Below are positions 46,914 to 56,459 of a stretch of 64,000 nucleotides of DNA, one piece after another (positions within the stretch are counted from its first letter, which is position 1; every line of letters starts with the position of its first letter). Source of the stretch: Robinsoniella sp. (lineage in GTDB: Bacteria; Bacillota; Clostridia; Lachnospirales; Lachnospiraceae); assembly GCA_023664735.1 (NCBI GenBank), contig JAMPFB010000004.1, forward strand, positions 2,316-66,315, written 5' to 3'. The notes beneath the pieces are model-generated. The model was not told the DNA's origin. It saw only the letters and a program-made list of their open reading frames with translations, and did not search any database. The translations under genes and the position numbers were made by a program.

Positions 46914-48686
46914 TTAATTGCTGCCGCCTGTAAACTTTGCAATTCTTGCATCCTTATTAAAGTTCTCGCCTGCTTTGAAAACCTGTACTGTCACTTCATA
47001 TATATAATCTTCATCATTGGAGCCTGTAATCGTGTTGATGCCATCCAAGGCTCCAAATCTTAACCTCTGTTTTACATCACCCTCAGATACTAAAGCGCCA
47101 TTCACATAACAGCTTACCTTGCTGTTTGGATATAGATAATCCCCATCAAAACGCGCATCCGTTTCTAAATTATATCCTATATTGCTATATATATGTGTAT
47201 GTACATTTTCAAGCCTGTTTTCTTTTAAATTTTCATCCAGCTGAAGCGTCATTTTATAATTTGCCTCTTTGCTGGCAAGATCCACTACCGAATTGCCCAC
47301 CTGCCGAATCAGGAAGAAATTCATCTCTGTTCCCAAAATAGCACTTGTATTTGTATCTACATTGCCTGCAGTATTCACAATATGAATAACATCCCCTCTT
47401 CCAGCGGCCGTTCCACTGGAAGCATCATAATTAGGAAAATAATAGAAATAAAAATTTCTTGGACGGTTGGCAGCGCTTCGGAACACTTCCGTTTCCATCT
47501 CTTCAAATACTGCACTTGCGCCTGAATTTAAAAGGGAAGCATTCATCAATTCATACTTATACTGCACTGTTATAATCCTATAAGGATTGCTGGGATTTAC
47601 CGGATTTGCCTCCTGCCTAATGTTAATATACATCTCCCTCTTAAGATCCTTTAAAATCTGCTCGCTGGTAACACCGCCTTTACATCTGAGCAAATACTGG
47701 GTTACTGCCTCGCCTAAGTCGCCACTGTCTTCCGAAAAATAACGATCCGAAGTCGTATCGTCCACAGCTGCATTCGTACCAATGTTGGTGTTTATTCTGG
47801 ACAACATGGTATCATTATAAGCCCTCTTACCGGAATAAGCGCCGCCCGCACTTTCACTTCTGATTTGGCTTCCATCATCATTATAATTCGGCAGGACTTC
47901 TGTCGTATCAACAAGCCCGGTGTCCACATAATCACGATAGTAATTGGCATCCATGCTCAAAATCACATCATATTTTTTAGAACCATATTGTACATTCCTA
48001 AGCCAGAATGCATACGCATGTAAATCATCATCTTCATTTAATTTGTCATCCTTTAAATATGGCTTACCAAAATAAACCTCTTCCGTATCGCCCCATTTTG
48101 CCTTATAAGCATACTTCATGCTATAACTGCTGCGAGGGTTACGGGATTCCAAATTATTCCCCCCCGTATTATAACTGCAGTCATAAACTCCCTCTTCATA
48201 GCCGGAAATGGCAAGAAGCCTTCCATGGTCAATGGACAGATTGCTATAGTCATCCTGATATTTATCATCATCAGCATCTACATACTTTGGTATTTTTACT
48301 GTTTCCCCTAAAGTATTGGTATGAGTCCCAGGCTCACATTCAATGACACAGCGTCCCCAGTTTTCCACAGCCATGCTGCTTGGCATAAATTTCAGCCCAT
48401 TTTCAGGATCTGTATTGGTGGGAGTCTCTGTGGGATGGGCGCTGTCCCAACCAGCATCCCACACATGCTCCAGCTGTATTATCGTATTTTCCACACCATA
48501 GGCGCTAATGCCTTCCATAATATTCTGAGCCACAATCGTACCATTCATGGTAACCTTGGCTTTGGAATTTACTTTGGAGGAAGTAACAAAATTCGCCAGC
48601 ATGGGAACAACCGCAATTGCCAGAATCGATACGGCTATTAAAAGCTCTACCAAAGTAAATCCCTTATCATTCCTTTGCATTTTCAT
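46914..48686 (-). CDS. Large PilV-like minor pilin (590 aa)
   Basis: MKMQRNDKG/FTLVELLIAVSILAIAVVPML prepilin motif. First gene after pilO. Confidence 0.8.
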   Translation of the reverse strand: MKMQRNDKGFTLVELLIAVSILAIAVVPMLANFVTSSKVNSKAKVTMNGTIVAQNIMEGISAYGVENTIIQLEHVWDAGWDSAHPTETPTNTDPENGLKFMPSSMAVENWGRCVIECEPGTHTNTLGETVKIPKYVDADDDKYQDDYSNLSIDHGRLLAISGYEEGVYDCSYNTGGNNLESRNPRSSYSMKYAYKAKWGDTEEVYFGKPYLKDDKLNEDDDLHAYAFWLRNVQYGSKKYDVILSMDANYYRDYVDTGLVDTTEVLPNYNDDGSQIRSESAGGAYSGKRAYNDTMLSRINTNIGTNAAVDDTTSDRYFSEDSGDLGEAVTQYLLRCKGGVTSEQILKDLKREMYINIRQEANPVNPSNPYRIITVQYKYELMNASLLNSGASAVFEEMETEVFRSAANRPRNFYFYYFPNYDASSGTAAGRGDVIHIVNTAGNVDTNTSAILGTEMNFFLIRQVGNSVVDLASKEANYKMTLQLDENLKENRLENVHTHIYSNIGYNLETDARFDGDYLYPNSKVSCYVNGALVSEGDVKQRLRFGALDGINTITGSNDEDYIYEVTVQVFKAGENFNKDARIAKFTGGSN

Positions 48687-48734
48687 TACATTTCCTCCAT
48701 TTCCTTACTGCCTTTATTGTTTTACTGCTCTTTT

Positions 48735-49580
48735 TTACTGCTCATCCTCTGACTGGTCGTTATTTTCCGTCTCTGTGCTTTCTGCATTGGCATCAAAGGT
48801 ATTGTTCTCCCTGCCTACATTTAATGTTTCGGATGATTTAAACAGATTATCCGTACCTATGCCAATTCCCTGAATGCTCGGCGCTTCATAAATTCTATCC
48901 GTTCCGGTAAGGCTGAACATATTCACTATAATGGAGCCTGTAAGGTTTCCTGTGCTTTCATCATAGCTTAAAGTAACGTTATCAATGGATTTTTTATTTT
49001 CCCTGTCAGTTAAAATTTCTTTAATCCACTCCTTAGCTGCCGTATAGGTCAGTTTAAAATTAAATGTAATTGGCGCCCTATATAAAGCAATCGTAGTTGC
49101 TGCTGAAGCAACCGGAGCCGCCTGCTCTGCCTGAGCCGCTCCTGCATTTTCCGTTCCTTCTGCTGCTTCCCCTGTTCCATCATCTACCACTTCCGGCTGC
49201 GCCTCTGCTGTCACCGGCTGCGCAATTGCAACAGCCTCTGCAACCGGCATGTCGATTGCCGTTGCTAAAACATCATATTTATTTTCCATGTTGTATGCGT
49301 AATAGATTTCATCTTCCGGATGCAGTTCAGAAGGGAACTGTGCCTTGATTTCTTCCATTTCCGCATTCATCCTGTCCGTCTCTGCAAGATAAAACTCTTT
49401 ATTATCCATCAGTTCCTGTAAATATGCCACTTCCTGAGCCAGAGACTGATTCTCTGCCACCAGTACATCCGTCTGCTCATTCAGGCTTACAAATACAAAG
49501 AAGTAAACTAACAGTGGAATAGCAATTCCTATTAAGCCAAGTATTATATTTTTTTCTCTTTCTCCTATTTTAAGCTTCAT
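48735..49580 (-). CDS. pilO: PilO-like pilus alignment protein
   Basis: 281 aa. N-terminal TM segment, then a coiled coil (LVAENQSLAQEVAYLQELM). It follows the pilM-N fusion, and the C-terminal tail is acidic. Confidence 0.65.
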   Translation of the reverse strand: MKLKIGEREKNIILGLIGIAIPLLVYFFVFVSLNEQTDVLVAENQSLAQEVAYLQELMDNKEFYLAETDRMNAEMEEIKAQFPSELHPEDEIYYAYNMENKYDVLATAIDMPVAEAVAIAQPVTAEAQPEVVDDGTGEAAEGTENAGAAQAEQAAPVASAATTIALYRAPITFNFKLTYTAAKEWIKEILTDRENKKSIDNVTLSYDESTGNLTGSIIVNMFSLTGTDRIYEAPSIQGIGIGTDNLFKSSETLNVGRENNTFDANAESTETENNDQSEDEQ

Positions 49581-49591
49581 GCCTCTACCCC

Positions 49592-51415
49592 CTATTCAAC
49601 CGTTTCCATAGCATCCAATGCTTCTTCCACATCTGTTTCGCTCTCTAAGAGCTTTGGATTCACTCCATATGTGCACATAATCGTAGCCGTCACTTCAGTA
49701 TTTACCTGATTGCTGTTTTCCAGAGTTTCCTGCTTGGTAGCAACGCTGGTACAGGATACATCTGAGAAATAATCAATGCTCCGAAGCTGGATAATTGCTT
49801 TTGCCACCGAACGTTTATTAGGATAGGTAGCGCTAATGGACACATCCGTGGATGTAATGTTTAAGCTGTCAATGCTGATTTTGGTAGGCATTAAGGTTTC
49901 CAAATCAGCAAGCACCTGATGCAGCTCTGAATTATAATTTTCTGTCTGGGCATATACAGACGTTAAATATTGATAATCCGCCTCAACCTGCACATAAGTA
50001 TCATAAATCGGCTGAATTTCCTGCAGCTGCTGCTTTCTGAGAAGCAATGCATCATTTTCCGTTTTTGCATCAAAATACGGAACTGCCGCCCATGCCGCAA
50101 GCCCTACTGCTATGACCGCTCCAATGCCCAATATAATAACCCCAACCTTGCTCTTCTTTCCGGTTGCCCCTTTGGTGCCCTTTTTATCTTTAGAAACCGT
50201 AACGGCATTTAATGAGAAGCCGGAAACACTGAGTCCGGCGCCAATAACCGAAATGTAATCACCAAGGGAGATATCCTGCAAATGAAGACCCTGATTGATA
50301 TTCGTTCCTGCTAAATCCCTTAAGACCTCTACATCTCTGCCCAGCTCTGCGGCAAGCAGGTTGGAAAAGCCCCAAAAGTCTGCGGCAATACCGGTGATAA
50401 CGATTCTGTCAATAGCCGCTTCCCTGTTCTTGGAATTATAATAGTCAATAACACGTACAATGGAGCTGATTAGCTGATTGTAAGAATATGTTATATCCTT
50501 ACGCAGACGAAGCATCTTCAGATTGGCATCTGCCTGCTTGGAGGCAACCTTTGCTGCTGCTGCGCCAACTGTATCTCCTGCTGAGGAAGCTCTTTCCGCA
50601 GCCTCCTCCTGTTCTCTGAAAAGCTCTTCTGTTTCTTTCTCCCTTTGCAGAAGGATTTCCTCTTCATCCGCCCGCATTACGAGATTATTTCTTCTTAATG
50701 TTTTGACAGCAGCTTCATAAGTAAGCTTTTCCCCATAAGCATCTGTCTCCATCAGAGTTTCCACGATTTGATCTGCACCATAGATACCTGAACGCTGCAT
50801 GGAAATAACCCCGTTCCTAATAACGGTAATCAGGGAATTTCTTTCATCTATCTTTACTACCAAATTTGTGCCTGTAGCAAATTTCGACTTTAAAACCTGA
50901 AATATAGAGTTACCGCTGTATTCAATAGAATCCAGTTCCAGCCCTAAGGCTTTTGCCAGTTCTACATAGCCTTCAAAAATATCTCCGGGAACTGCCATCA
51001 ACATCAAATGATACTGCTTATTGCCCGCATTATCCGTTACTGTATTCATGATATTGTGAGCAAACTGATACATGGATGGATCTACCGGGAAGTAATCCGT
51101 AACATTGCTTAACACCATATCCCTTACTTTATTTTCTTTTACTGCCGGGATCATCGCTTCCCTATTGGCAATTTTCGTGGAAGAAACGGAAAAAATAACT
51201 TTTTTCGCATGCATTCCATTTGCCTCTAAATAGGACCTTAATTCTGATGAAAATTCCCCGCTGGGGCGGACATAACCGTCATCCAATACTCCCTGGGGCG
51301 TTTTCATACTGAAAACACCATATACCTTTGGATGTTTGGACCGATAGTCCATTTCGCATACTTTTGTTAAGGAATAGCCAACCTCAATACTTAGTACTCT
51401 CTGTGCTTTTGCCAT
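49592..51415 (-). CDS. pilM: PilM-PilN fusion protein (actin-like ATPase domain, TM segment, PilN-like domain)
   Basis: 607 aa. N-terminal VLSIEVGYSLTKVCEM, an actin/FtsA-like fold, an internal TM segment (VGVIILGIGAVIAVGLAAWAAV), and an extracytoplasmic tail. This architecture is typical of clostridial PilMN. Confidence 0.75.
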   Translation of the reverse strand: MAKAQRVLSIEVGYSLTKVCEMDYRSKHPKVYGVFSMKTPQGVLDDGYVRPSGEFSSELRSYLEANGMHAKKVIFSVSSTKIANREAMIPAVKENKVRDMVLSNVTDYFPVDPSMYQFAHNIMNTVTDNAGNKQYHLMLMAVPGDIFEGYVELAKALGLELDSIEYSGNSIFQVLKSKFATGTNLVVKIDERNSLITVIRNGVISMQRSGIYGADQIVETLMETDAYGEKLTYEAAVKTLRRNNLVMRADEEEILLQREKETEELFREQEEAAERASSAGDTVGAAAAKVASKQADANLKMLRLRKDITYSYNQLISSIVRVIDYYNSKNREAAIDRIVITGIAADFWGFSNLLAAELGRDVEVLRDLAGTNINQGLHLQDISLGDYISVIGAGLSVSGFSLNAVTVSKDKKGTKGATGKKSKVGVIILGIGAVIAVGLAAWAAVPYFDAKTENDALLLRKQQLQEIQPIYDTYVQVEADYQYLTSVYAQTENYNSELHQVLADLETLMPTKISIDSLNITSTDVSISATYPNKRSVAKAIIQLRSIDYFSDVSCTSVATKQETLENSNQVNTEVTATIMCTYGVNPKLLESETDVEEALDAMETVE

Positions 51416-51537
51416 GATTTACCTCCCTGAAAAAATGCAGGACAGCTCCCCCATTTTTTTATTTTTCTTTTTTCCTTGCATTTTCATACTGCTTTATGCT
51501 TCTAATTCCTTATGTATCCTATCAAGTCCGTTAACCG

Positions 51538-52299
51538 CTAAAACAGACCAAAATACCAACTTAAAAACGATTCGCCCCACAGCACCGACAACAAAATGCC
51601 GATTGCCAGATAAGGCCCCATAGCCAGTTTATGCCCTTCTTTTGTTACTTTCATGCGAATCAGATGTATAACAGAGCCAATTACACATCCTGCTATCATT
51701 GCCAGATATGACAGCTTCCAGCCAATCAGCAGACCAGCCGCCGCCATAAGCTTCACATCGCCACCGCCTATTGCCCTGCCCTTTGATGCTAAAAAAATAA
51801 TTTCAAATATTCCGCTTACAAGAACAAGACCAATCAAATACTGTTTCCAATCTGAAATATGCAGCAGCAAATGAAGTATACCTAATATAAAAATAAATAC
51901 ATTGATACCAAAGGGGATTTCATAAGTCCGAAAATCTATTACGCTTAATGTAAGAAGCGCTGATGCCAGAAAGCAATAGATAACCGCATCCAGATTCCAG
52001 CCTTTTACCACAAAAATCAATACATATAACAAACCATTTACTCCTTCAATAATAGGGTATTGAAGGGAAATATGCTTTTTGCATTGGCGACATCTACCAC
52101 CGAGAAACAGGTAGCTGAACAGTGGAATCAAATCATACCACTTCAGCTGATAACCACATTGCATACAGTGGCTCCTGTTCTTGGCTATACTCTCCCTGTT
52201 TGGGATGCGTAAAATACAGACATTTAAAAAACTGCCAATCACAATCCCAAACAGGAAGATCCATATGTAAAATATGAGATTATATAGCTCGATGGTCAT
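51538..52299 (-). CDS. pilD: Prepilin peptidase (A24 family) PilD
   Basis: 253 aa. N-terminal Cys4 motif CMQCGYQL...CRQCKK, and the catalytic-Asp motif GGGDVKLMAAAG. Confidence 0.9.
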   Translation of the reverse strand: MTIELYNLIFYIWIFLFGIVIGSFLNVCILRIPNRESIAKNRSHCMQCGYQLKWYDLIPLFSYLFLGGRCRQCKKHISLQYPIIEGVNGLLYVLIFVVKGWNLDAVIYCFLASALLTLSVIDFRTYEIPFGINVFIFILGILHLLLHISDWKQYLIGLVLVSGIFEIIFLASKGRAIGGGDVKLMAAAGLLIGWKLSYLAMIAGCVIGSVIHLIRMKVTKEGHKLAMGPYLAIGILLSVLWGESFLSWYFGLF

Positions 52300-52365
52300 A
52301 GGGGCGATGTCTCCTCAAATGCAAAATATTACTATTCATACTTTTTGTTTGAATCTTATATAATC

Positions 52366-52809
52366 TTAGTAGCTTGTTGGGTCGTAAGTAGTACCATTGG
52401 CATCTACTACAACTTTAAGGTTATGATTAGTTGTATCTTCTGAAATTTTAATTGTAACCGTTACAGAGTTAAATACCTTAGATTTAAACTTATTATTTGC
52501 TACACTGCCATAAAATTCAGAAATAGCAGCATTTAAACCAGTGGTAGCAGTACCACCGGTGACAGTGACACCAGTACTGGTGATTACAATGTTGTCACCA
52601 TCATTAAGATCATCATAATAATCATCATCAGTAGTAGCAGTCTGTGCTGCCTTCGTTAAGGAATCAATCATATCCTTATCAGAAGAAACTCTTGATTTTT
52701 CTACGTACTTAATGTACTGTGGCGCTAATACACCAATTAAGATTGCCATAATAGCAATAACGATGATAAGTTCTACTAACGAGAAACCTTTGTTGTTTGT
52801 CTTTTTCAT
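52366..52809 (-). CDS. pilA: Type IV pilin (candidate major pilin, copy 2)
   Basis: MKKTNNKG/FSLVELIIVIAIMAILIGVLAPQYIKYVEKSR. 147 aa, no Cys. Confidence 0.85.
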   Translation of the reverse strand: MKKTNNKGFSLVELIIVIAIMAILIGVLAPQYIKYVEKSRVSSDKDMIDSLTKAAQTATTDDDYYDDLNDGDNIVITSTGVTVTGGTATTGLNAAISEFYGSVANNKFKSKVFNSVTVTIKISEDTTNHNLKVVVDANGTTYDPTSY

Positions 52810-52884
52810 ACTAAACTCTCTCCTTTTAACATTTTATTTTTTGTTTTTATCTTAAACACTCTTCCCCTATGCAAAGTGTCTAAT

Positions 52885-53310
52885 TCATGGATTAGGCTGC
52901 CAGCTTCCGGTTACCATAAAAGTACCACTGGCGGTAGCAGCATCTTCAAATTCAACTACATACTTTTGATTATGATATGTTTTTGATTTTACCTGCTTGC
53001 TGCTCCAGCCGGCAATAAATTCATTCAATGCGTTGGTCAGATTCGGGTCATTTGCAGGCTGCAAATCAATCCCGCTTCTGGAAAAAATAATTTGATCCCC
53101 TATATTCACATCTGAAAAATAACTTTCATCTGATGCAATCAAATATCCCACGCCAAGCAATGTGTCCGCCGTATCCTCATCTACTGAGACTCTGGACTTT
53201 TCCACGTATTTAATATACTGGGGAGCCAGCACCCCTATCAGGACTGCCATAATGGCAACCACGATAATCAATTCTATTAAAGAAAATCCTTTATTCCTAC
53301 TTCCTTCCAT
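52885..53310 (-). CDS. pilA: Type IV pilin (candidate major pilin, copy 1)
   Basis: MEGSRNKG/FSLIELIIVVAIMAVLIGVLAPQYIKYVEKSR. 141 aa. The C-terminal domain differs from copy 2. Confidence 0.85.
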   Translation of the reverse strand: MEGSRNKGFSLIELIIVVAIMAVLIGVLAPQYIKYVEKSRVSVDEDTADTLLGVGYLIASDESYFSDVNIGDQIIFSRSGIDLQPANDPNLTNALNEFIAGWSSKQVKSKTYHNQKYVVEFEDAATASGTFMVTGSWQPNP

Positions 53311-53322
53311 AGCCTTTCCCTC

Positions 53323-54540
53323 TTACAAATTATCAAGACCTTCATACATAGCTGCCATCGGCGCCATAACCGCACCAATAATAACGCCGCAGACGCCTGC
53401 CATAACAATAATCAGCGCCGGCTCCAAAGCAGCCATCAAAGACTGGGTTGCAGTCTCCACTTCCTCTTCATAATAATCAGCCATCTTATCAAGCATATCC
53501 TCTACATTACCTGTTTCCTCACCGATACGGGTCATATGATATACCATAGGCGGAAACAGTCCGCAGCGCTCAAGGGGCTGTGACAGCGGAACACCCTGCA
53601 TAACGTCTGTCTTGGCATTCATCAATGCTTCTTTATAGAATAAGTTGTTGATGGTGCCGGCTGTTATTTCCACAGCTTCCGGCATAGGTATGCCGGCAGC
53701 CAGCATAGTGGACAATGTCCTTGCCAGCTTCGCCGAGCTGGACTTAACTGTAATATCACCAAACAGTGGAATCTTTATAGCAGCCTTGGATATCAGCGCT
53801 TCGCCAAAAGGCTGCCTTTTAAACCACATAACAAAAGCTACGATTGCTATGATAGCCATGACTACTATATACCATCTTGCCTTCATGAAATCACTGGCAG
53901 CAATAACCGCCAAGGTGATGCCCGGCATGTCAATGTCCATATCTGCAAACATTCCTATGAAATTAGGAACCACGAAAGTCAGCATGACGATAACAACCAC
54001 TACCGCTACAATAGCTACTACGATTGGGTAAATCATAGCCTTTTTTATCATGGACTGCAGCTTTGCAGATTTTTCAAACTGCTCCGCCATACGTTCAAAG
54101 GCAATGTCCAGACTACCGGAAGCTTCACCTGCAGTTACCATATGAATCAGCAGCCCTGGAAATACTTTTGGTGACTTTGCCATGGATTTTGCTAAAGACT
54201 CACCTTTCTGAACACCCAGATAAGTCTCCTGAACCGCTTCCCTCAACGTATCGTTTTCCGTCTGTTCCGTAAGCATCCGCAAAGATTCCAAAATCGTTAC
54301 ACCTGCCCTGTGCATGCTGACAAACTGCCTGCAGAAAAGGCTCAAATCCCTTGTCTTCACCTTTTTCTTGAAAATCGCTAAATTGACATCCTTATCCAAA
54401 AGCCCCTGTTCCTTCAGCTCCATAGGCGTCAGCCCATCGTTTTTAATAATGCTTCTGGCTTTTTCTAATGTATCCGCTTCAATAGAACTTTTTACCTGTT
54501 TTCCTGCCTTGTCTATGGCAATATAAGAATATGTAGCCAA
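53323..54540 (-). CDS. pilC: Pilus platform protein PilC (GspF family)
   Basis: 405 aa with two GspF repeats (FCRQFVSMHRAGVTILESL, ARTLSTMLAAGIPMPEAV). TTG start with a GGAGGG RBS 7 nt upstream. Confidence 0.9.
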   Translation of the reverse strand: MATYSYIAIDKAGKQVKSSIEADTLEKARSIIKNDGLTPMELKEQGLLDKDVNLAIFKKKVKTRDLSLFCRQFVSMHRAGVTILESLRMLTEQTENDTLREAVQETYLGVQKGESLAKSMAKSPKVFPGLLIHMVTAGEASGSLDIAFERMAEQFEKSAKLQSMIKKAMIYPIVVAIVAVVVVIVMLTFVVPNFIGMFADMDIDMPGITLAVIAASDFMKARWYIVVMAIIAIVAFVMWFKRQPFGEALISKAAIKIPLFGDITVKSSSAKLARTLSTMLAAGIPMPEAVEITAGTINNLFYKEALMNAKTDVMQGVPLSQPLERCGLFPPMVYHMTRIGEETGNVEDMLDKMADYYEEEVETATQSLMAALEPALIIVMAGVCGVIIGAVMAPMAAMYEGLDNL

Positions 54541-54577
54541 ATCGTTTCCCTCCTAAAATATGTTTTCTTTTTTTCAA

Positions 54578-56278
54578 CTACATCTCGAAGGAAACCTTTA
54601 TCATCTCCGCAACCGATGTAATTCCCTGTAACACATAATCCGTGGCAGCCATACGCAGGGTATGCATACCATCTATCAATGCCGCCTGTTTAATCTGCTC
54701 AGCATCACCGCCTCTGGCAATAATCTTTTTTACCTCCTGAGTCACTTCCATGATTTCATATACACCAATACGTCCTCTGTAGCCATTGTTGTCACATGCC
54801 GGACAGCCTACAGGCTCGTATATGGTAACTTCATGTCCTTCCAATAAAAGCAGCTCTAGTTCTTCCTGATTTGCCAGTCTTGCCCTTTTACACTTGGGGC
54901 ACAGCCTTCTTACAAGACGCTGTGCAATAATACCTACCGTAGAATCCGCTATCATATAAGGTGGGATACCCATATCCGCCAAACGGGTAACAGTAGAAGC
55001 CGCTGAGTTGGTATGGAGCGTGCTTACTACCAAGTGGCCTGTAATAGAAGCCTGTACTGCAATTTGAGCTGTCTCACCGTCACGAATTTCTCCAATCATG
55101 ATAATATCCGGGTCCTGACGAAGTATGGAACGAAGGGCGCTGGCAAAGGTAAGTCCTGCTTTTACATTGGTCTGTACCTGATTGATGCCTGCAACATTTG
55201 CTTCCACCGGGTCTTCTACTGTAATGATATTAACATGTTCTGTATTTAATTCGCTTAAAGCAGTATATAAGGTTGTGGATTTACCACTACCGGTAGGTCC
55301 TGTTACTAGAATAATGCCGTGTGGGTTTTGTAAAATACGGTCAAATCGTTCTAGTTCATTTGCCGGAAATCCCAATTCCGATTTGTCTTTTGTCAGTGCG
55401 TTCTTGTTGGTAATACGCATTACCACTTTTTCTCCAAATACAGTAGGCAAAATAGATACACGGATATCATACTCCCTGCCATCTACAAAGGTGGTAATAC
55501 GTCCATCCTGTGGCTTTCTCTTCTCGGAAATATCCATGCCTCCGGTAATCTTTAGCCTTGCTACAATAGCCGGAAGCAGCTTGATATTGTAAGTAATCCT
55601 TTCATATAAGGAACCATCGATCCGGTACCGGACGCGAACCTTCTTCTCAAGGGCCTCGATATGGATATCAGATGCCCTTTGCCGGACTGCCTGCTCTAAC
55701 ATACCATTTACAAGCTGAACGATAGGCGAGTTATTCACATCATCGTTCATCATCTTTTCCATTTCATCTTCTGCAAACAGGTCGCTTCGTTCCTGCTCGT
55801 AGTCGCTTGCCGCTTTTAATGCTTCTGCATTTCCATAATATTTGTCAATGGCAAGCATGATTTCCCTTGGGGTGGCAACTATCGGCTCAATGGCGCGATT
55901 GGAAATCATGGACAAATCATCAATAGCAAGCATATCCATAGGATCTGCCATTGCCACACGAATCATATTGATATTGTTCCGGCCATATTCCACCGGAATC
56001 ACTGTATACTTCTTTAATATGTCTACCTCAAAGAGAGAAAGAATATCATCTGTAATGGTGGTATTTCCTAAATCCGCCCTGTCCATATGGAGCTGGCTAC
56101 ATAAAGCATCCGCCATAGCCTCGTCAGAAACAAAGCCTTCGTCTACTAAAATCTCACCCAGACGTTTCTTTTTTTCTTTTTGCATCTCCAATGCTTTTCC
56201 TAATGTTTCTTCTGTCAGAAGGCCTTCATTGATCAGAATATCTCCAATACGTAGCTTTCTTCTGCTTGAAAATCCCAT
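54578..56278 (-). CDS. pilB: Pilus extension ATPase PilB (GspE family) with an N-terminal MshEN-type domain
   Basis: 566 aa. Walker A GPTGSGKSTT, Asp box, Walker B IIMIGEIRD, tetracysteine motif (CPKC...CPAC), and an N-terminal tandem RxGxxLLxxGLL...Q motif. Confidence 0.92.
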   Translation of the reverse strand: MGFSSRRKLRIGDILINEGLLTEETLGKALEMQKEKKKRLGEILVDEGFVSDEAMADALCSQLHMDRADLGNTTITDDILSLFEVDILKKYTVIPVEYGRNNINMIRVAMADPMDMLAIDDLSMISNRAIEPIVATPREIMLAIDKYYGNAEALKAASDYEQERSDLFAEDEMEKMMNDDVNNSPIVQLVNGMLEQAVRQRASDIHIEALEKKVRVRYRIDGSLYERITYNIKLLPAIVARLKITGGMDISEKRKPQDGRITTFVDGREYDIRVSILPTVFGEKVVMRITNKNALTKDKSELGFPANELERFDRILQNPHGIILVTGPTGSGKSTTLYTALSELNTEHVNIITVEDPVEANVAGINQVQTNVKAGLTFASALRSILRQDPDIIMIGEIRDGETAQIAVQASITGHLVVSTLHTNSAASTVTRLADMGIPPYMIADSTVGIIAQRLVRRLCPKCKRARLANQEELELLLLEGHEVTIYEPVGCPACDNNGYRGRIGVYEIMEVTQEVKKIIARGGDAEQIKQAALIDGMHTLRMAATDYVLQGITSVAEMIKVSFEM

Positions 56279-56347
56279 GATACTTCCCTCACATTTTCAG
56301 AATAGATTTTAGGCACATTTTGTTATCTATCTATTTTTATGTAATCC

Positions 56348-56376
56348 ATTTTATCATTTTTATATTCTTTCGTCAA
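56348..56376 (-). promoter_or_regulatory. Candidate sigma-A promoter of the pilB operon
   Basis: The minus strand reads TTGACG-17 nt-TAAAAT, about 70 nt upstream of the pilB ATG in the 181-bp dprA-pilB spacer. Confidence 0.5.
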
Positions 56377-56459
56377 ACCCTTTTAACACTTTAGCTCTAT
56401 CAAAAATGACTAAATTTTTTTCAAATATTTAGTTGATATTACCAAAATTTAAGAGATTA

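Noticed and set aside
36381-56278. The pilus block as a mobile genomic island or prophage.
   Set aside because: No integrase, transposase, tRNA, direct repeats or phage genes occur at either junction. Only the synteny break supports an insertion, so it is reported as a hypothesis and not as a mobile element.
56279-56347. A riboswitch in the pilB leader, by analogy with the c-di-GMP-II riboswitch before C. difficile pilA1.
   Set aside because: The predicted leader is only about 65-70 nt, AT-rich, and has no evident conserved stems.
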